Part shown: one piece after another, positions 9,898-19,573 of the stretch
How positions within the stretch are numbered: the stretch's first letter is position 1
How the letters are laid out: every line of letters begins with the position of its first letter
Origin: a bacterium
GTDB lineage: Bacteria > Eisenbacteria > RBG-16-71-46
NCBI GenBank assembly: GCA_031408715.1
Contig: JANNWR010000153.1
Coordinates: 3,674-67,673, forward strand
Reading direction: 5' to 3'
DNA: 64,000 bases
Position numbers and translations under genes: made by a program
Notes under the pieces: model-generated
Seen by the model: only the letters and a program-made list of their open reading frames with translations
Databases searched by the model: none
Told to the model about the DNA's origin: nothing

Positions 9898-10844
9898 ACA
9901 CGGCCGTGGCACCGCGCCTTTCGGTCGTCGTCCCGGCTTACAACGAAGCCGAGAGCCTGCCCGAACTGCACCGCGAACTGGTGGTCGCACTCACGAACCT
10001 GAACATGACGTGGGAGATCCTGTACATCGACGACGGCTCGCGCGATGGCACGGACCGCGTCATCGAGACGATCTGTGCGGCTGAACCGCGCGCGATCGGC
10101 ATCCTGCTGTCGCGTAACTTCGGTAAGAGCGCGGCGCTTGCCACCGGCTTCAAGTCGGTGCGCGGGGAGTTCGTGTGCACCATGGACGCCGACCTGCAGG
10201 ACGACCCGAACGAACTGCCGCGGCTGTTCGCCGCGCTCGAGCAGGGACTCGATCTGGTCTCGGGCTGGAAAGTGAAGCGCCTGGACCCGATCACCAAGCG
10301 CTGGCCGAGCAAGCTGTTCAACCGGGTGACGAGCCAGGTGGCGGGTGTGCGGCTGCACGACTTCAACTGCGGCTTCAAGCTCTACCGGCGCGAAGTGGTC
10401 GAGGCGCTCGAGGTTTACGGCGAGCTGCACCGCTTCCTGCCGGCGCTGTCCCACTGGCGCGGTTTCCGGGTCGGCGAGGTGGGGGTGAACCATCGCGCCC
10501 GTCGCTACGGCCAGTCCAAGTTCGGCGCGTCACGCTTCGTGAACGGGTTCCTGGACCTGCTCACGGCGGCGTTCATCTCGACTTCGGCCCTGAAGCCGCT
10601 GCACGTCTTCGGCCGTATCGGGTTGCTGTTCCTGCTCAGCGGCTTCGGGCTCGCGGTGTGGTTCGTGGCGCAGTGGCTGCACGGTGATCCGTTGCGAGTG
10701 CGCCCGCTCATGCTGCTCGGTGCAGCCTGTGTGCTGCTGGGCATCCAGTTCATCCTGATGGGGCTCCTGGGCGAGATGATCGCGCACCAGTCGGCGCGCA
10801 ACGACTACCCGGTGCGCCGCCGCTTCAACGACGACCGCGCATGA
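9894..10844 (+). CDS. GT2 polyprenol-phosphate glycosyltransferase (ArnC/GtrB/DPM1-like) with C-terminal TM helices
   Basis: ATG 9894 overlaps the upstream stop. Motifs are VVVPAYNEAESL, YIDDGSRDGT and MDADLQDDP. The C-terminal tail is hydrophobic (LLFLLSGFGLAVWFV..., LLGAACVLLGIQFILMGLL). Confidence 0.8.
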   Translation: MNTAVAPRLSVVVPAYNEAESLPELHRELVVALTNLNMTWEILYIDDGSRDGTDRVIETICAAEPRAIGILLSRNFGKSAALATGFKSVRGEFVCTMDADLQDDPNELPRLFAALEQGLDLVSGWKVKRLDPITKRWPSKLFNRVTSQVAGVRLHDFNCGFKLYRREVVEALEVYGELHRFLPALSHWRGFRVGEVGVNHRARRYGQSKFGASRFVNGFLDLLTAAFISTSALKPLHVFGRIGLLFLLSGFGLAVWFVAQWLHGDPLRVRPLMLLGAACVLLGIQFILMGLLGEMIAHQSARNDYPVRRRFNDDRA

Positions 10845-11530
10845 AGGCCTTCGTGCTGGCGGGCGGATTGGGCACACGCTTGAAGCCGCGATTCGGCGAA
10901 CTGCCGAAGCCACTGGCCCCGATCGGGGGTGAGCCGTTCCTCGTGCGGCAACTGGCGTGGCTGGCGTCGCATCGCATCACGCGTGCCGTGGTGCTGGCGG
11001 GCCATGGCGCCGACCAGCTGCGCGCCGAACTGGGCGAGCAGGCGGCGGGCGTGACGCTCGAGTGGTCGGTCGAGACCGAGCCGCTCGGCACGGGCGGTGC
11101 GCTCAAGCTCGCGGAACGATTCGTCGACGGCCCGGCACTTGTCGTGAACGGAGACACGCTGGCCGAGGGCGATCCGTGGCTGCTCGAGCGCGACCGCTGG
11201 GAGCACGGCGCACTGGGCACGGTGGCGCTCTATCAAGTGGCCGATGCGCGTTCGCGTGGCCGCATCGAGGCGAACTCGGCTGGCGTGGTCGCGCGTTTCG
11301 TCGAGAAAGACGACGCCTGGACGGGCCCGGCGTGGGTGAACGGTGGGGCTTACGCGTTCAAGCCGTCGTTGTGGCGGGAGATCCCGGGCGGTAAGTCGTC
11401 CCTCGAGCGCGACGTGCTGCCGGCGATCGCCGCGCGCGGGCTGCTCCATGGCCGGCGCTGCGCGGGGAAGTTCTGGGACATCGGCACGCCCGAGGATTGG
11501 GAACGCGCCGAACGGGAGCTGGCTCGATGA
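10841..11530 (+). CDS. sugar-1-phosphate nucleotidyltransferase, HddC-like (D-glycero-alpha-D-manno-heptose-1-P guanylyltransferase type)
   Basis: The sequence MKAFVLAGGLGTRLKP...LPKPLAPIGG...EPLGTGGAL fits the family. It is translationally coupled (ATGA) to the HddA-like kinase downstream. Confidence 0.7.
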   Translation: MKAFVLAGGLGTRLKPRFGELPKPLAPIGGEPFLVRQLAWLASHRITRAVVLAGHGADQLRAELGEQAAGVTLEWSVETEPLGTGGALKLAERFVDGPALVVNGDTLAEGDPWLLERDRWEHGALGTVALYQVADARSRGRIEANSAGVVARFVEKDDAWTGPAWVNGGAYAFKPSLWREIPGGKSSLERDVLPAIAARGLLHGRRCAGKFWDIGTPEDWERAERELAR

Positions 11531-12558
11531 AGAGCGTGATCCGTTACTACCGCGCGCGTGCACCGCTGCGGCTGTCGTTCTGCGGCGGTGGCACCGATGT
11601 GTCGCCCTATCCCGAAGAGCACGGGGGCTGTGTGCTGTCGGCGACCATCAACCACTATGCCTATGCGTCGCTGCGCCCGCGCCGGGACGCGCGCTTCAAG
11701 CTGGCCTCGCTCGACTATGACGTCGTCGCCAAGTACGAGCACGCCAAACGCATCAAGTTCGACGGCCAGTTGGATCTGCTGAAGGCAGCGGTCAAGGCAC
11801 TCAAGGTGCGCCGCGGCGCCGACCTGTGGACGCACTCCGATGCGCCTCCCGGCTCCGGACTGGGGGCGTCCAGCACACTCATGGTGGCGCTGCTCGCGGT
11901 GTTGCGCGAGTGGCTGAAGCTCGACCTGTCGCCCTATGAACTGGCTGAACTCGCCTACCGTGTCGAGCGCGTGGACCTGAAGCTCGCGGGCGGTCGGCAA
12001 GACCAGTATGCGGCGTCGTTCGGCGGTTTCAATTACATCGAGTTCGACAAGAACGGCACCGTGGTCACTCCACTGCGCCTGCGCCGCGACACGCTCGAGG
12101 AACTCGAGTACCGCCTGCTGCTCTGCTACATGGGACAGACTCGCCAGAGTGCCAAGATCATCGAGCGCCAGACCAAGAGCTACACCAGCGGCCGCAAGGA
12201 CACGGTGGACGCATTGCAGGCCCTGAAGGCGCAGACGGCCGAGATGAAGCGGGCGCTGCTGCTGGGCCACGTCGACGGCTTCGGCGAGCTGCTGCATCAG
12301 GCTTGGCTGCACAAGAAGAAACTGGCCGAGGGCATCTCGACACCGCACGTCGACGAGATGTACAAGGTCGCCCGGAAGGAAGGCGCCCTGGGCGGCAAGA
12401 TGACGGGAGCGGGCGGCGGTGGCTACTTCCTGTTCCTGACACGCTTCGACCGTCGGCACCGCGTCGCGGCCGCGCTCGAGAAGCTGGGCGGTCAGGTCGT
12501 GCCGTTCCAGTTCGAGGCCCGCGGCGTGCAGACGTGGCCGGTGGCACGCGAGCGCTGA
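11527..12558 (+). CDS. GHMP-family sugar kinase, HddA-like (D,D-heptose-7-phosphate kinase type)
   Basis: ATG 11527 overlaps the upstream stop. The N-terminus is RAPLRLSFCGGGTDVSPYPEEHGGCVLSATINHYAYASL. The GHMP ATP motif is PPGSGLGASS. Confidence 0.8.
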   Translation: MKSVIRYYRARAPLRLSFCGGGTDVSPYPEEHGGCVLSATINHYAYASLRPRRDARFKLASLDYDVVAKYEHAKRIKFDGQLDLLKAAVKALKVRRGADLWTHSDAPPGSGLGASSTLMVALLAVLREWLKLDLSPYELAELAYRVERVDLKLAGGRQDQYAASFGGFNYIEFDKNGTVVTPLRLRRDTLEELEYRLLLCYMGQTRQSAKIIERQTKSYTSGRKDTVDALQALKAQTAEMKRALLLGHVDGFGELLHQAWLHKKKLAEGISTPHVDEMYKVARKEGALGGKMTGAGGGGYFLFLTRFDRRHRVAAALEKLGGQVVPFQFEARGVQTWPVARER

Positions 12559-12624
12559 CCCGCGTATGCGCCCCGAATCACGAGTCGCCCTGTCGATCCG
12601 GCCTGTCGGCCGCGGGAGCCGCGC

Positions 12625-13791
12625 GTGAGAGTCGTATCCGAGACGGGTTCGCCGCGGCGCATCGGACTCGTGGGGCCGGTGCATCCGTGGCGCGGCGGAC
12701 TGGCGCAGTATCTGCAACTGCTCGGTGAGACTCTGCAGTCTCACGCCGAGGTGCGCGCCGTGACGTTCACTCGCCAGTATCCGGACTTCCTGTTCCCGGG
12801 CAGCAGTCAGTTCGATGCCGACGCGCCCAAGCCGCGCTTTCCGACGGCCGCCTTGCTCGATTCGATCGGCCCGTGGAGCTGGCGCTCGAGCGCGGCGCAG
12901 CTCGAACGTTTCGCGCCGGGTGCGGTTGTCCTCAAGTGGTGGATGCCGTTCTTCGCTCCGTCCTTCGCGTCCACCGTGGGGCCGCTGCGCAGGCGCGGCA
13001 CGCGTGTGATCCTGGTGTGCGACAACCTGATCCCGCACGAACCGCGCTTCTACGACTCGGCGTTCTCGGCCTGGATGCTGCGCAACTCCGACGGCTATCT
13101 CGTCATGAGCGACTCGGTCGAGCGCGACCTCGACACGCTGAAGCCGGGCGCTCCGCGCCGCCGCGTGCCGCATCCGTTCTACGCTCAGTTCGATCGCGGC
13201 CGTCACACGCGCGAGAGCGCGCGCGAATCGCTGGAGTTGAGCGGCGACGTGGCGCTGTTCTTCGGCTACGTACGGCATTACAAGGGCCTCGACACGCTGC
13301 TCACGGCCTGGAAGCGCGTGCGTGCCGAGCGTCCGGGCGCGACGCTCGTGGTCGCGGGGGAGTTCTACGAGAAGGCGGAGCCCTACGAAGCACTCGCGCT
13401 CGAGGCGGGCGGGGTGCGGCTGCTGAACCGTTACATCGCCGATGACGAGGTGGAAGCGTTGTTCCGCGCGGCGGATGTCACCGTGCTGCCATACCGCTCC
13501 GGTACTCAGAGCGGGGTGACTCACGTGGCGTACGCGCTCGGTTCGCCGGTCATCGCCACGAATGTCGGCGGCATCACCGAGACCGTGCACGAAGGCGAGA
13601 CCGGGCTCACGTGCGCGCCGGAGGATCCCGAGGCACTGGCGCGCACGATCGTCCGCTTCTTCGCGGAGGGCCTGCGCGAGCAGATGGCCGCCCCGATCGC
13701 CGCGCTCAAGGCCGAGCACTCCTGGGAGGCGCTCGCCGACTCGACCATGAGCCTCATCGACGAACTGAAACCGGCGCGGGGGTGGGCATGA
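12625..13791 (+). CDS. glycosyltransferase, GT-B fold (GT4-like)
   Basis: GTG start. The C-terminal signature is PYRSGTQSGVTHVAYALGSPVIATNVGGITETVHEGETGL. Confidence 0.8.
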   Translation: MRVVSETGSPRRIGLVGPVHPWRGGLAQYLQLLGETLQSHAEVRAVTFTRQYPDFLFPGSSQFDADAPKPRFPTAALLDSIGPWSWRSSAAQLERFAPGAVVLKWWMPFFAPSFASTVGPLRRRGTRVILVCDNLIPHEPRFYDSAFSAWMLRNSDGYLVMSDSVERDLDTLKPGAPRRRVPHPFYAQFDRGRHTRESARESLELSGDVALFFGYVRHYKGLDTLLTAWKRVRAERPGATLVVAGEFYEKAEPYEALALEAGGVRLLNRYIADDEVEALFRAADVTVLPYRSGTQSGVTHVAYALGSPVIATNVGGITETVHEGETGLTCAPEDPEALARTIVRFFAEGLREQMAAPIAALKAEHSWEALADSTMSLIDELKPARGWA

Positions 13792-15338
13792 AGTCCGGAC
13801 GCACCGCACTCGCTCTTGCTCTCGCCGCGATCCTGACATTCGCGCTCACCGGCGGCGGGCGCATCGTCGGCAGCGACGAAGTCACCATGTTCGAGCTGGC
13901 GCGCGCCATGGCGCACGGCGGGATCGCGGTGCCCGAGGGAGCGACGCTGCAGGGGCCCGACGGGCGCTTCTACAGCAAGAACACCGCGGGTCAGGCGCTG
14001 CTCGCGCTCCCGCTCGTCGTCACGGGGGACGTCGCCGCGAAGGCGGGTGGTTTCACGGGCGAGCGCGCACAGCTCGCGGCGCGTTTCATCGCGTCGTTCT
14101 TCAACGCCATCGTGGCGTCGTGGTTGATCGCTGCGCTCTACCTCGGACTGCGCTCCTTGCGTGTGAGTGCGCGGGCCGCACTCGCCGCCGCCGTGCTCGT
14201 GGGCTTCACGACGCCGCTGTGGGTGTATGCCAAGAGCTTCATGGCCGAGCCGCTGGAAGCACTCGGCCTCCTGCTCGCGCTCACCGGTTCCGCGCAGGCA
14301 GGTGCGGCTCCGGCGGTCGCGGATGCCCGGCGTGGCGGGCGACTCGCGGCACTCGGCGCGTTCCTCGCCATCTCGGCGAAGCTCGGCGTCGCACCACTCG
14401 TGCTCGTGTGCCTGTGCGCGGCGGGCTTTCGGAAGCCTCGCGCGTGGTTGATGCCGATCGCCGGAGTCGTTGCCGCAGTGGCGGGCCACGCGCTCTACAA
14501 CTGGGCGCGCTTCGGCAACCTGCTCGAGACCGGCTACGGCGCGCAGGCCTCCTCGAGCGCGTTCACGACGCCGCTGCTCGTGGGCGCGTACGGTCTGCTG
14601 CTCTCGAGCGGCAAGGGCGTGGCGTGGTTCGCGCCCTTCGTGTGGCTGGCACCGGCCGGTATCGCCGCCATGGTCCGTGCGCGTCAGCACAGTGACGCCG
14701 CCAAGCGCGGTGACGACGCGCGCCGCGCCGGCGGGGCGATCGTCGCCACGTTCAGCATGGCGCTCTTCCTCTATGGCCGCTTCCAGCATTGGGGCGGTGA
14801 CGGTTCGTGGGGGCCGCGCTACCTGGTGCCGTTGCTGCCGCTGGCCGGAGTGGCGGTGGGTTTCGCGCTGGATGGGGCGTCGCGCATGCGCAAGCGCGTC
14901 GCGTGGGCGCTGGGCGTCATCGGGCTCGTGGTGACGCTCGGGGGTGTCGGCATCTACTTCGGCGCCCAGATGCGCGAGGCGGGCGACTATCCGTACACGC
15001 TGGCACTCGAGGATCCGCACTTCATGGAAGCGAGCCACTGGAACCCGCGCTTCACGCCGATCGCGGGCCACTGGCGCATGCTGTCGCGCAATATCGGCGA
15101 GCACCTGAACGGTGCCGCGCCGGTGCTCGGCCAGAGTGGTGCGATCGATCCGCGCACCGGGATCACGCCCGGAGAGCAGTTGGTGCTGTTGCACGCCATC
15201 GACGTGTGGTGGCTGTACGCGGGCTACGCGGGGCTGCCCAAGGCACCGCTGTACGCGGCGGCGGTCTTGTTGCTGCTTTCGAGCGCTTGGGCCTGGTGGC
15301 GTGTGCTCGCCGCACTGCGCGAGGAGTCGCGCGCGTGA
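13788..15338 (+). CDS. putative GT-C fold membrane glycosyltransferase (ArnT/PMT-like)
   Basis: ATG 13788 overlaps the upstream stop. The 516-aa polytopic protein has an acidic first-loop motif (GSDEVTMFELARAM) followed by many hydrophobic helices. The family assignment is by pattern only. Confidence 0.55.
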   Translation: MKSGRTALALALAAILTFALTGGGRIVGSDEVTMFELARAMAHGGIAVPEGATLQGPDGRFYSKNTAGQALLALPLVVTGDVAAKAGGFTGERAQLAARFIASFFNAIVASWLIAALYLGLRSLRVSARAALAAAVLVGFTTPLWVYAKSFMAEPLEALGLLLALTGSAQAGAAPAVADARRGGRLAALGAFLAISAKLGVAPLVLVCLCAAGFRKPRAWLMPIAGVVAAVAGHALYNWARFGNLLETGYGAQASSSAFTTPLLVGAYGLLLSSGKGVAWFAPFVWLAPAGIAAMVRARQHSDAAKRGDDARRAGGAIVATFSMALFLYGRFQHWGGDGSWGPRYLVPLLPLAGVAVGFALDGASRMRKRVAWALGVIGLVVTLGGVGIYFGAQMREAGDYPYTLALEDPHFMEASHWNPRFTPIAGHWRMLSRNIGEHLNGAAPVLGQSGAIDPRTGITPGEQLVLLHAIDVWWLYAGYAGLPKAPLYAAAVLLLLSSAWAWWRVLAALREESRA

Positions 15339-16246
15339 AGTCGCTCGCGGTCATCGTGCTGTCGTGGAACGGTCTGGCGCTGACGCGCGACACGCTCGCG
15401 TCGTTGGCCGGGTGCCGGATCCCCGCGGGCTGGAAGTTGCACACGATCGTCGTCGACAACGCCTCGAACGATGGTTCGCCTCAGATGGTGCGCGACGAGT
15501 TCCCGGCCTGCGAGTTGCTGGCCCTGAGCGAGAATCGCCGCTTCGCGGGTGGCAACAACGTCGGGCTCGCGCGCGCGCTCGAACAGGGCGCGGATGCGGT
15601 GATGCTGCTCAACAACGACGTCATGGCCGACCCCAACCTGATCGTGAAGCTGCTGGCGGCGCTGGCCGAGAACCCGCACGCCGGCGCGGCCGCCCCACTG
15701 ATCTACTTCGCGCCGCCCAGCGACCGCATCTGGTACGCCGGCGGGCGCTGCGAGCCGTGGCTGGCACACAGCTCGCACCGTGCGATCCGCGAACGCGATC
15801 GGGGCCAGTTCCGCTCCGTCGAGCCGACCGGGTACCTTACCGGTTGCTGCCTGCTGGCCACCGCGGATGCCTGGAGCAAAGTGGGTATGCTCGACGAGCG
15901 CTACTTCATCTATGCCGAGGACGCCGACTGGTGCCTGCGGGCCCGCGCCGCAGGATACGAACTGCTGTTCGTGCCGACCGCGCGACTGTGGCATCGCGTG
16001 AGTGCGAGTTCCGGAGGAGCGATGAACCCGTGGAAGGTGTACCAGCGGCTGCGCGCGAACGTGACGCTGTGGTCGCGCAACGCGCGCGGTTTCGCCCAGT
16101 TCACCTGGCTGCCCGCACTGCTGGCGCAGCAGGCGGCTTACGCTCTGCTGCTGCTCGCGCGCGGCCACACCGCCGCCGCCGCCGCCGTGCCGCGCGCACT
16201 GGCGGATGCGCTGGCGGGGAAGGACCCGGCGGAGGTGAAGCTGTGA
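15335..16246 (+). CDS. glycosyltransferase family 2 (soluble)
   Basis: GTG 15335 overlaps the upstream stop (GTGA). Motifs are VIVLSWNG, VVDNASNDGS, FAGGNNVGL and LLNNDV. Confidence 0.8.
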   Translation: MKSLAVIVLSWNGLALTRDTLASLAGCRIPAGWKLHTIVVDNASNDGSPQMVRDEFPACELLALSENRRFAGGNNVGLARALEQGADAVMLLNNDVMADPNLIVKLLAALAENPHAGAAAPLIYFAPPSDRIWYAGGRCEPWLAHSSHRAIRERDRGQFRSVEPTGYLTGCCLLATADAWSKVGMLDERYFIYAEDADWCLRARAAGYELLFVPTARLWHRVSASSGGAMNPWKVYQRLRANVTLWSRNARGFAQFTWLPALLAQQAAYALLLLARGHTAAAAAVPRALADALAGKDPAEVKL

Positions 16247-17061
16247 GCCAGAGGACAGCCGCCAAGCCCGTGCGCGCACCGCACGAGCGGCCGGTGTTCC
16301 TGCGCGAGGTCATTGCGGCACTTCCCGAGGGGGCGCGCGTGCTCGATGCGGGCTGTGGCCCGGGCTCGTGGCCGTATGCGCTGCGCGACGATCTCGATAT
16401 CACAGGCTTCGATATCAAGTTCCCGCCCGGGCCGCCGCCGCGGCACGAGCGGATGCGGGTCTTTCGAGGCGACTTGGCAAGGCTGCCGCTGCGCGAGAAC
16501 CTGTTCGACCTCACCGTGTGTCACTACGTGCTCGAGCACGTCACCGAGCTCGAGGCGTGCTGCGATGAACTCGCGCGCGTCACCAGGCCCGGCGGTCAGC
16601 TCTACCTGAGCGTGCCGCGCGCCGCGGCGTTCGACGACCGGCTCTACCGGTTCGCCGGCTACTTCGCCAAGTACGCGCTCATGAAGTTCAAGAAGCGCGT
16701 CGAGCATCAGCAGCGATTCGACTTCCACACGCTCATCGACCTGTTCTACGCGCGCGGCATGCGGCTGACCGCCAGCGCACGCGTGCCGGCGGGCTTCAGC
16801 TGGATGAACGATCCACGCACGAAGCCGCTGCAGGCTGCATTCACCGACACGCTGGCCGGCATCCACCGTGCATTCGGCCTCGACCTCGCCAAGGACGCCA
16901 ACTTCGTTCTGACGTTCGACAAGGTCGGCGACGTGGGACTTCGCACGGTCACGCATGTCTGCCGGGAGTGTGGCGAGCACAGCGTCGTGACCGGATCCGA
17001 GGGTGAGGTGTGGACCTGTCCTTACTGCAGCCAGCCGAACCCGTACGGGCGGCCGCGTTGA
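16243..17061 (+). CDS. class I SAM-dependent methyltransferase with C-terminal CxxC...CxxC zinc ribbon
   Basis: GTG 16243 overlaps the upstream stop. SAM motif I is VLDAGCGPGSW, followed by VCHYVLEHV and RPGGQLYLSVP. The C-terminus is CRECGEHSVVTGSEGEVWTCPYCSQPN. Confidence 0.7.
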   Translation: MSQRTAAKPVRAPHERPVFLREVIAALPEGARVLDAGCGPGSWPYALRDDLDITGFDIKFPPGPPPRHERMRVFRGDLARLPLRENLFDLTVCHYVLEHVTELEACCDELARVTRPGGQLYLSVPRAAAFDDRLYRFAGYFAKYALMKFKKRVEHQQRFDFHTLIDLFYARGMRLTASARVPAGFSWMNDPRTKPLQAAFTDTLAGIHRAFGLDLAKDANFVLTFDKVGDVGLRTVTHVCRECGEHSVVTGSEGEVWTCPYCSQPNPYGRPR

Positions 17062-17086
17062 GCGCTCGCGCGGGGGAGCGGTGACC

Positions 17087-18097
17087 ATGCGCGTCCTGCA
17101 CGCCCCCTCGGAGATCGCTGGCCAGCCCAGCATCCTGGCGCGGGCGCTGCGAGACCTGGGTGTGGCGGCGTGGTCGCTGGCCACGAACCCGAGCTTTGCG
17201 CAGTACCGGCCGGATGAGGCCCCGGGGTTCGACGACATGCCGCCTTTGCCGCGCTATCTCGGATACGCCGGGCTCGTCGCCAGGCACCTCACGAAACACG
17301 ATGTGTTCCATTTCCATTTCGGGCGCACGCTCATCCCACCACACAACCTCGACCTGCCGCTCTATCGAGCGCTGGGCAAGAAGCTGGTGTTCCACTATCA
17401 CGGCTGCGACGTGCGCAATCGTGCGCACATGCTGGCGACGCACCGTTGGTCCACGTGCACCGAGTGCGCGCCATTCTGCATCCCGAAACGTCAGGAACGC
17501 ATCCTGCGCGAGGCGCGTGCGAACGCGCATGCCGAGCTCGTGTCCACGCCGGACCTACTGGAGAGTGTGCCGAACGCCGAGCAGGTGCATGTCGCCGCGT
17601 GGCTGCCCGACTACGAGCCCAAGCCGTTCCGCGACACTCCCCGGTTGGTGCTGCACGCACCGACCAACCGGCTCATCAAGGGCACGAAGTACGTCGAAGC
17701 CGCGTTCGAGCAGTTGCGCCCGCAGTTCCCCGGGGTCGAGTTCCGCACCGTCGAGCAGATGCCGTGGCAGCAGTTGCGCGACCTGATGTCCGAATGTGAC
17801 GTGTTCGTCGATCAGGTGTTCATGGGCTGGTACGGCATGGTGAGTGTCGAGGCGATGGCACTCGAACGTCCCACGCTCACGTACATGCGCCCCGAGTTCG
17901 AGCCGCGCGCGCATGGTGCTCCGGTCGTGCGTATCACGGTCGAGACGCTGGCCGACGAGCTCGCGGCAGTGCTGCGCGACACGCCGCGCCGCCGCGCACT
18001 GGGGCAGGAGGGGCGCGCCTACGTCGAGCGGGAGCACGAGGCGCACGTCATCGGCAAGCGGTTGCTCGCGCTCTACCAGGGCATCGGCGCGTCATGA
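17087..18097 (+). CDS. putative GT-B fold glycosyltransferase
   Basis: Start is ATG 17087 inside ORF 17003..18097. The C-terminal half resembles GT1/GT4 (LVLHAPTNRLIKGTKYV..., GMVSVEAMALERPTL). The assignment is weaker than for its neighbours. Confidence 0.5.
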   Translation: MRVLHAPSEIAGQPSILARALRDLGVAAWSLATNPSFAQYRPDEAPGFDDMPPLPRYLGYAGLVARHLTKHDVFHFHFGRTLIPPHNLDLPLYRALGKKLVFHYHGCDVRNRAHMLATHRWSTCTECAPFCIPKRQERILREARANAHAELVSTPDLLESVPNAEQVHVAAWLPDYEPKPFRDTPRLVLHAPTNRLIKGTKYVEAAFEQLRPQFPGVEFRTVEQMPWQQLRDLMSECDVFVDQVFMGWYGMVSVEAMALERPTLTYMRPEFEPRAHGAPVVRITVETLADELAAVLRDTPRRRALGQEGRAYVEREHEAHVIGKRLLALYQGIGAS

Positions 18098-19536
18098 ACC
18101 TGCGCGAGTCGCTGAAGCGCCTGTCGGGCGAGTCACTCGTGTATGGCCTGGGCCAGGTCAGCGGGCGCGCGGTGAACCTGCTGCTCGTGCCCGTGCTGAC
18201 CCGCGTGCTCTTGAAGCAGCAGTTCGGTGTGGCCGAACTGGTGACGGGATACTCCGCGAGCCTGTTGCTCGTGCTGGTGTTCGGCATGGATGGCGCGCTG
18301 GCGCGGTTCTTCTACCAGCAGCCGGATGTCGGGGCGCGCCTGCGCATGACGTCATCGTCGTTCGCGTTCCGGCTCGTCACCGGTGGCAGCGTCGCGTTGC
18401 TGCTGACGCTTGCGGCCGGCCCACTCGCCGAACACCTCATGGGCGGTGCCGTGTACGCCAAGTACCTGCGGCTCGGCGCGCTCTCACTGCCGTTCACGCT
18501 GGTCGTGCTGTGGTGCAACGACGTGTTGCGTGTGACGTTCCAGCCGTGGAAGTTCGTCACGCTCAATGTCAGCCAGACGCTGCTCGTGGGCGGGATCACC
18601 ATCTACCTGGTGCTGGTGCAGAAGCTCGGGGTGGCCGGTGTGCTGTACGGCAAGCTCGCGGGTGATTCGATCGCCGCGCTGCTCGGCGTGGCGCTGTGCC
18701 GGCACCACATCCGGCCGCGCTTCGATTCCGTGCTGCTCCGGCACATGCTCGGCTACGGCCTGCCGCTGGTGCCCGTGGCGTTCGCCTACGGCATCATCGG
18801 CTCGGCGGACCGCTGGGCGCTCCAGCACTTCGCGTCGCTCGATGAAGTCGGCACCTACGCGCTCGCCATCAAGTTCTTCGCCGTCGTCACCATGGGTGTG
18901 TCGGCGTTCCAACTCGCATTCATGCCGTTCGCGTTCGCGCGCGCCCAGGACCCCGACGCCCCGAGGCTCTATGCGCGGGTGCTCGGTCTGTACGTGGCCA
19001 TCGCCACCGCCGGCGCGCTGGCGTGCGCGCTGCTGGCCCCGCTGGGAATCCGACTATTGGCGACCCAGGACTACGCTGCCGCCTCGCGCCCGGCCCTGTG
19101 GCTGGCTTTTGCCGCGGTCGCGCAGGGCGCTTACTATGTGGCCGCTCTGGGCATCAACCTGTCGCTCAAGAACGCTTGGCTCGGATTCTCGGCGGGTGGC
19201 GCAGCACTGGTGGCGGTCGCGACCAACCTGTTGCTGGTGCCGCGGCTGGGTGCGGAAGGGGCGGCGATGGCGACGTTCGCGGGCTACGCCGGCTCGGCCG
19301 TGCTCACGTACCTCATCGCGCAGCGCGTGCATCCGTTGCCCTACCGCGGCGCAAGGCTCGCGGCGCTGTTCGGCTGCGGACTGGCGCTCGGCGTCGTGGC
19401 GGTGCGATTCGCGCCCGAGGGTGCGGTGGGAGTGGCATGGCGGTCGGCGGCACTCGTGATCTATGGGCTGCTGGCCTGGAAAAGTGATGTGTGGAAGGAC
19501 CGAGGCGCGATCCGGCACCGGCCGGTCGCGGATTGA
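18094..19536 (+). CDS. Wzx-type oligosaccharide/polysaccharide flippase (MOP superfamily)
   Basis: ATG 18094 overlaps the upstream stop. The 480-aa protein has ~12-14 hydrophobic helices. The N-terminus LSGESLVYGLGQVSGRAVNLLLVPVLTRVL is typical of polysaccharide biosynthesis flippases. Confidence 0.75.
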   Translation: MNLRESLKRLSGESLVYGLGQVSGRAVNLLLVPVLTRVLLKQQFGVAELVTGYSASLLLVLVFGMDGALARFFYQQPDVGARLRMTSSSFAFRLVTGGSVALLLTLAAGPLAEHLMGGAVYAKYLRLGALSLPFTLVVLWCNDVLRVTFQPWKFVTLNVSQTLLVGGITIYLVLVQKLGVAGVLYGKLAGDSIAALLGVALCRHHIRPRFDSVLLRHMLGYGLPLVPVAFAYGIIGSADRWALQHFASLDEVGTYALAIKFFAVVTMGVSAFQLAFMPFAFARAQDPDAPRLYARVLGLYVAIATAGALACALLAPLGIRLLATQDYAAASRPALWLAFAAVAQGAYYVAALGINLSLKNAWLGFSAGGAALVAVATNLLLVPRLGAEGAAMATFAGYAGSAVLTYLIAQRVHPLPYRGARLAALFGCGLALGVVAVRFAPEGAVGVAWRSAALVIYGLLAWKSDVWKDRGAIRHRPVAD

Positions 19537-19573
19537 GCACGACTCAGGCTGACACGCGGAAAGGCAGGAAGTC

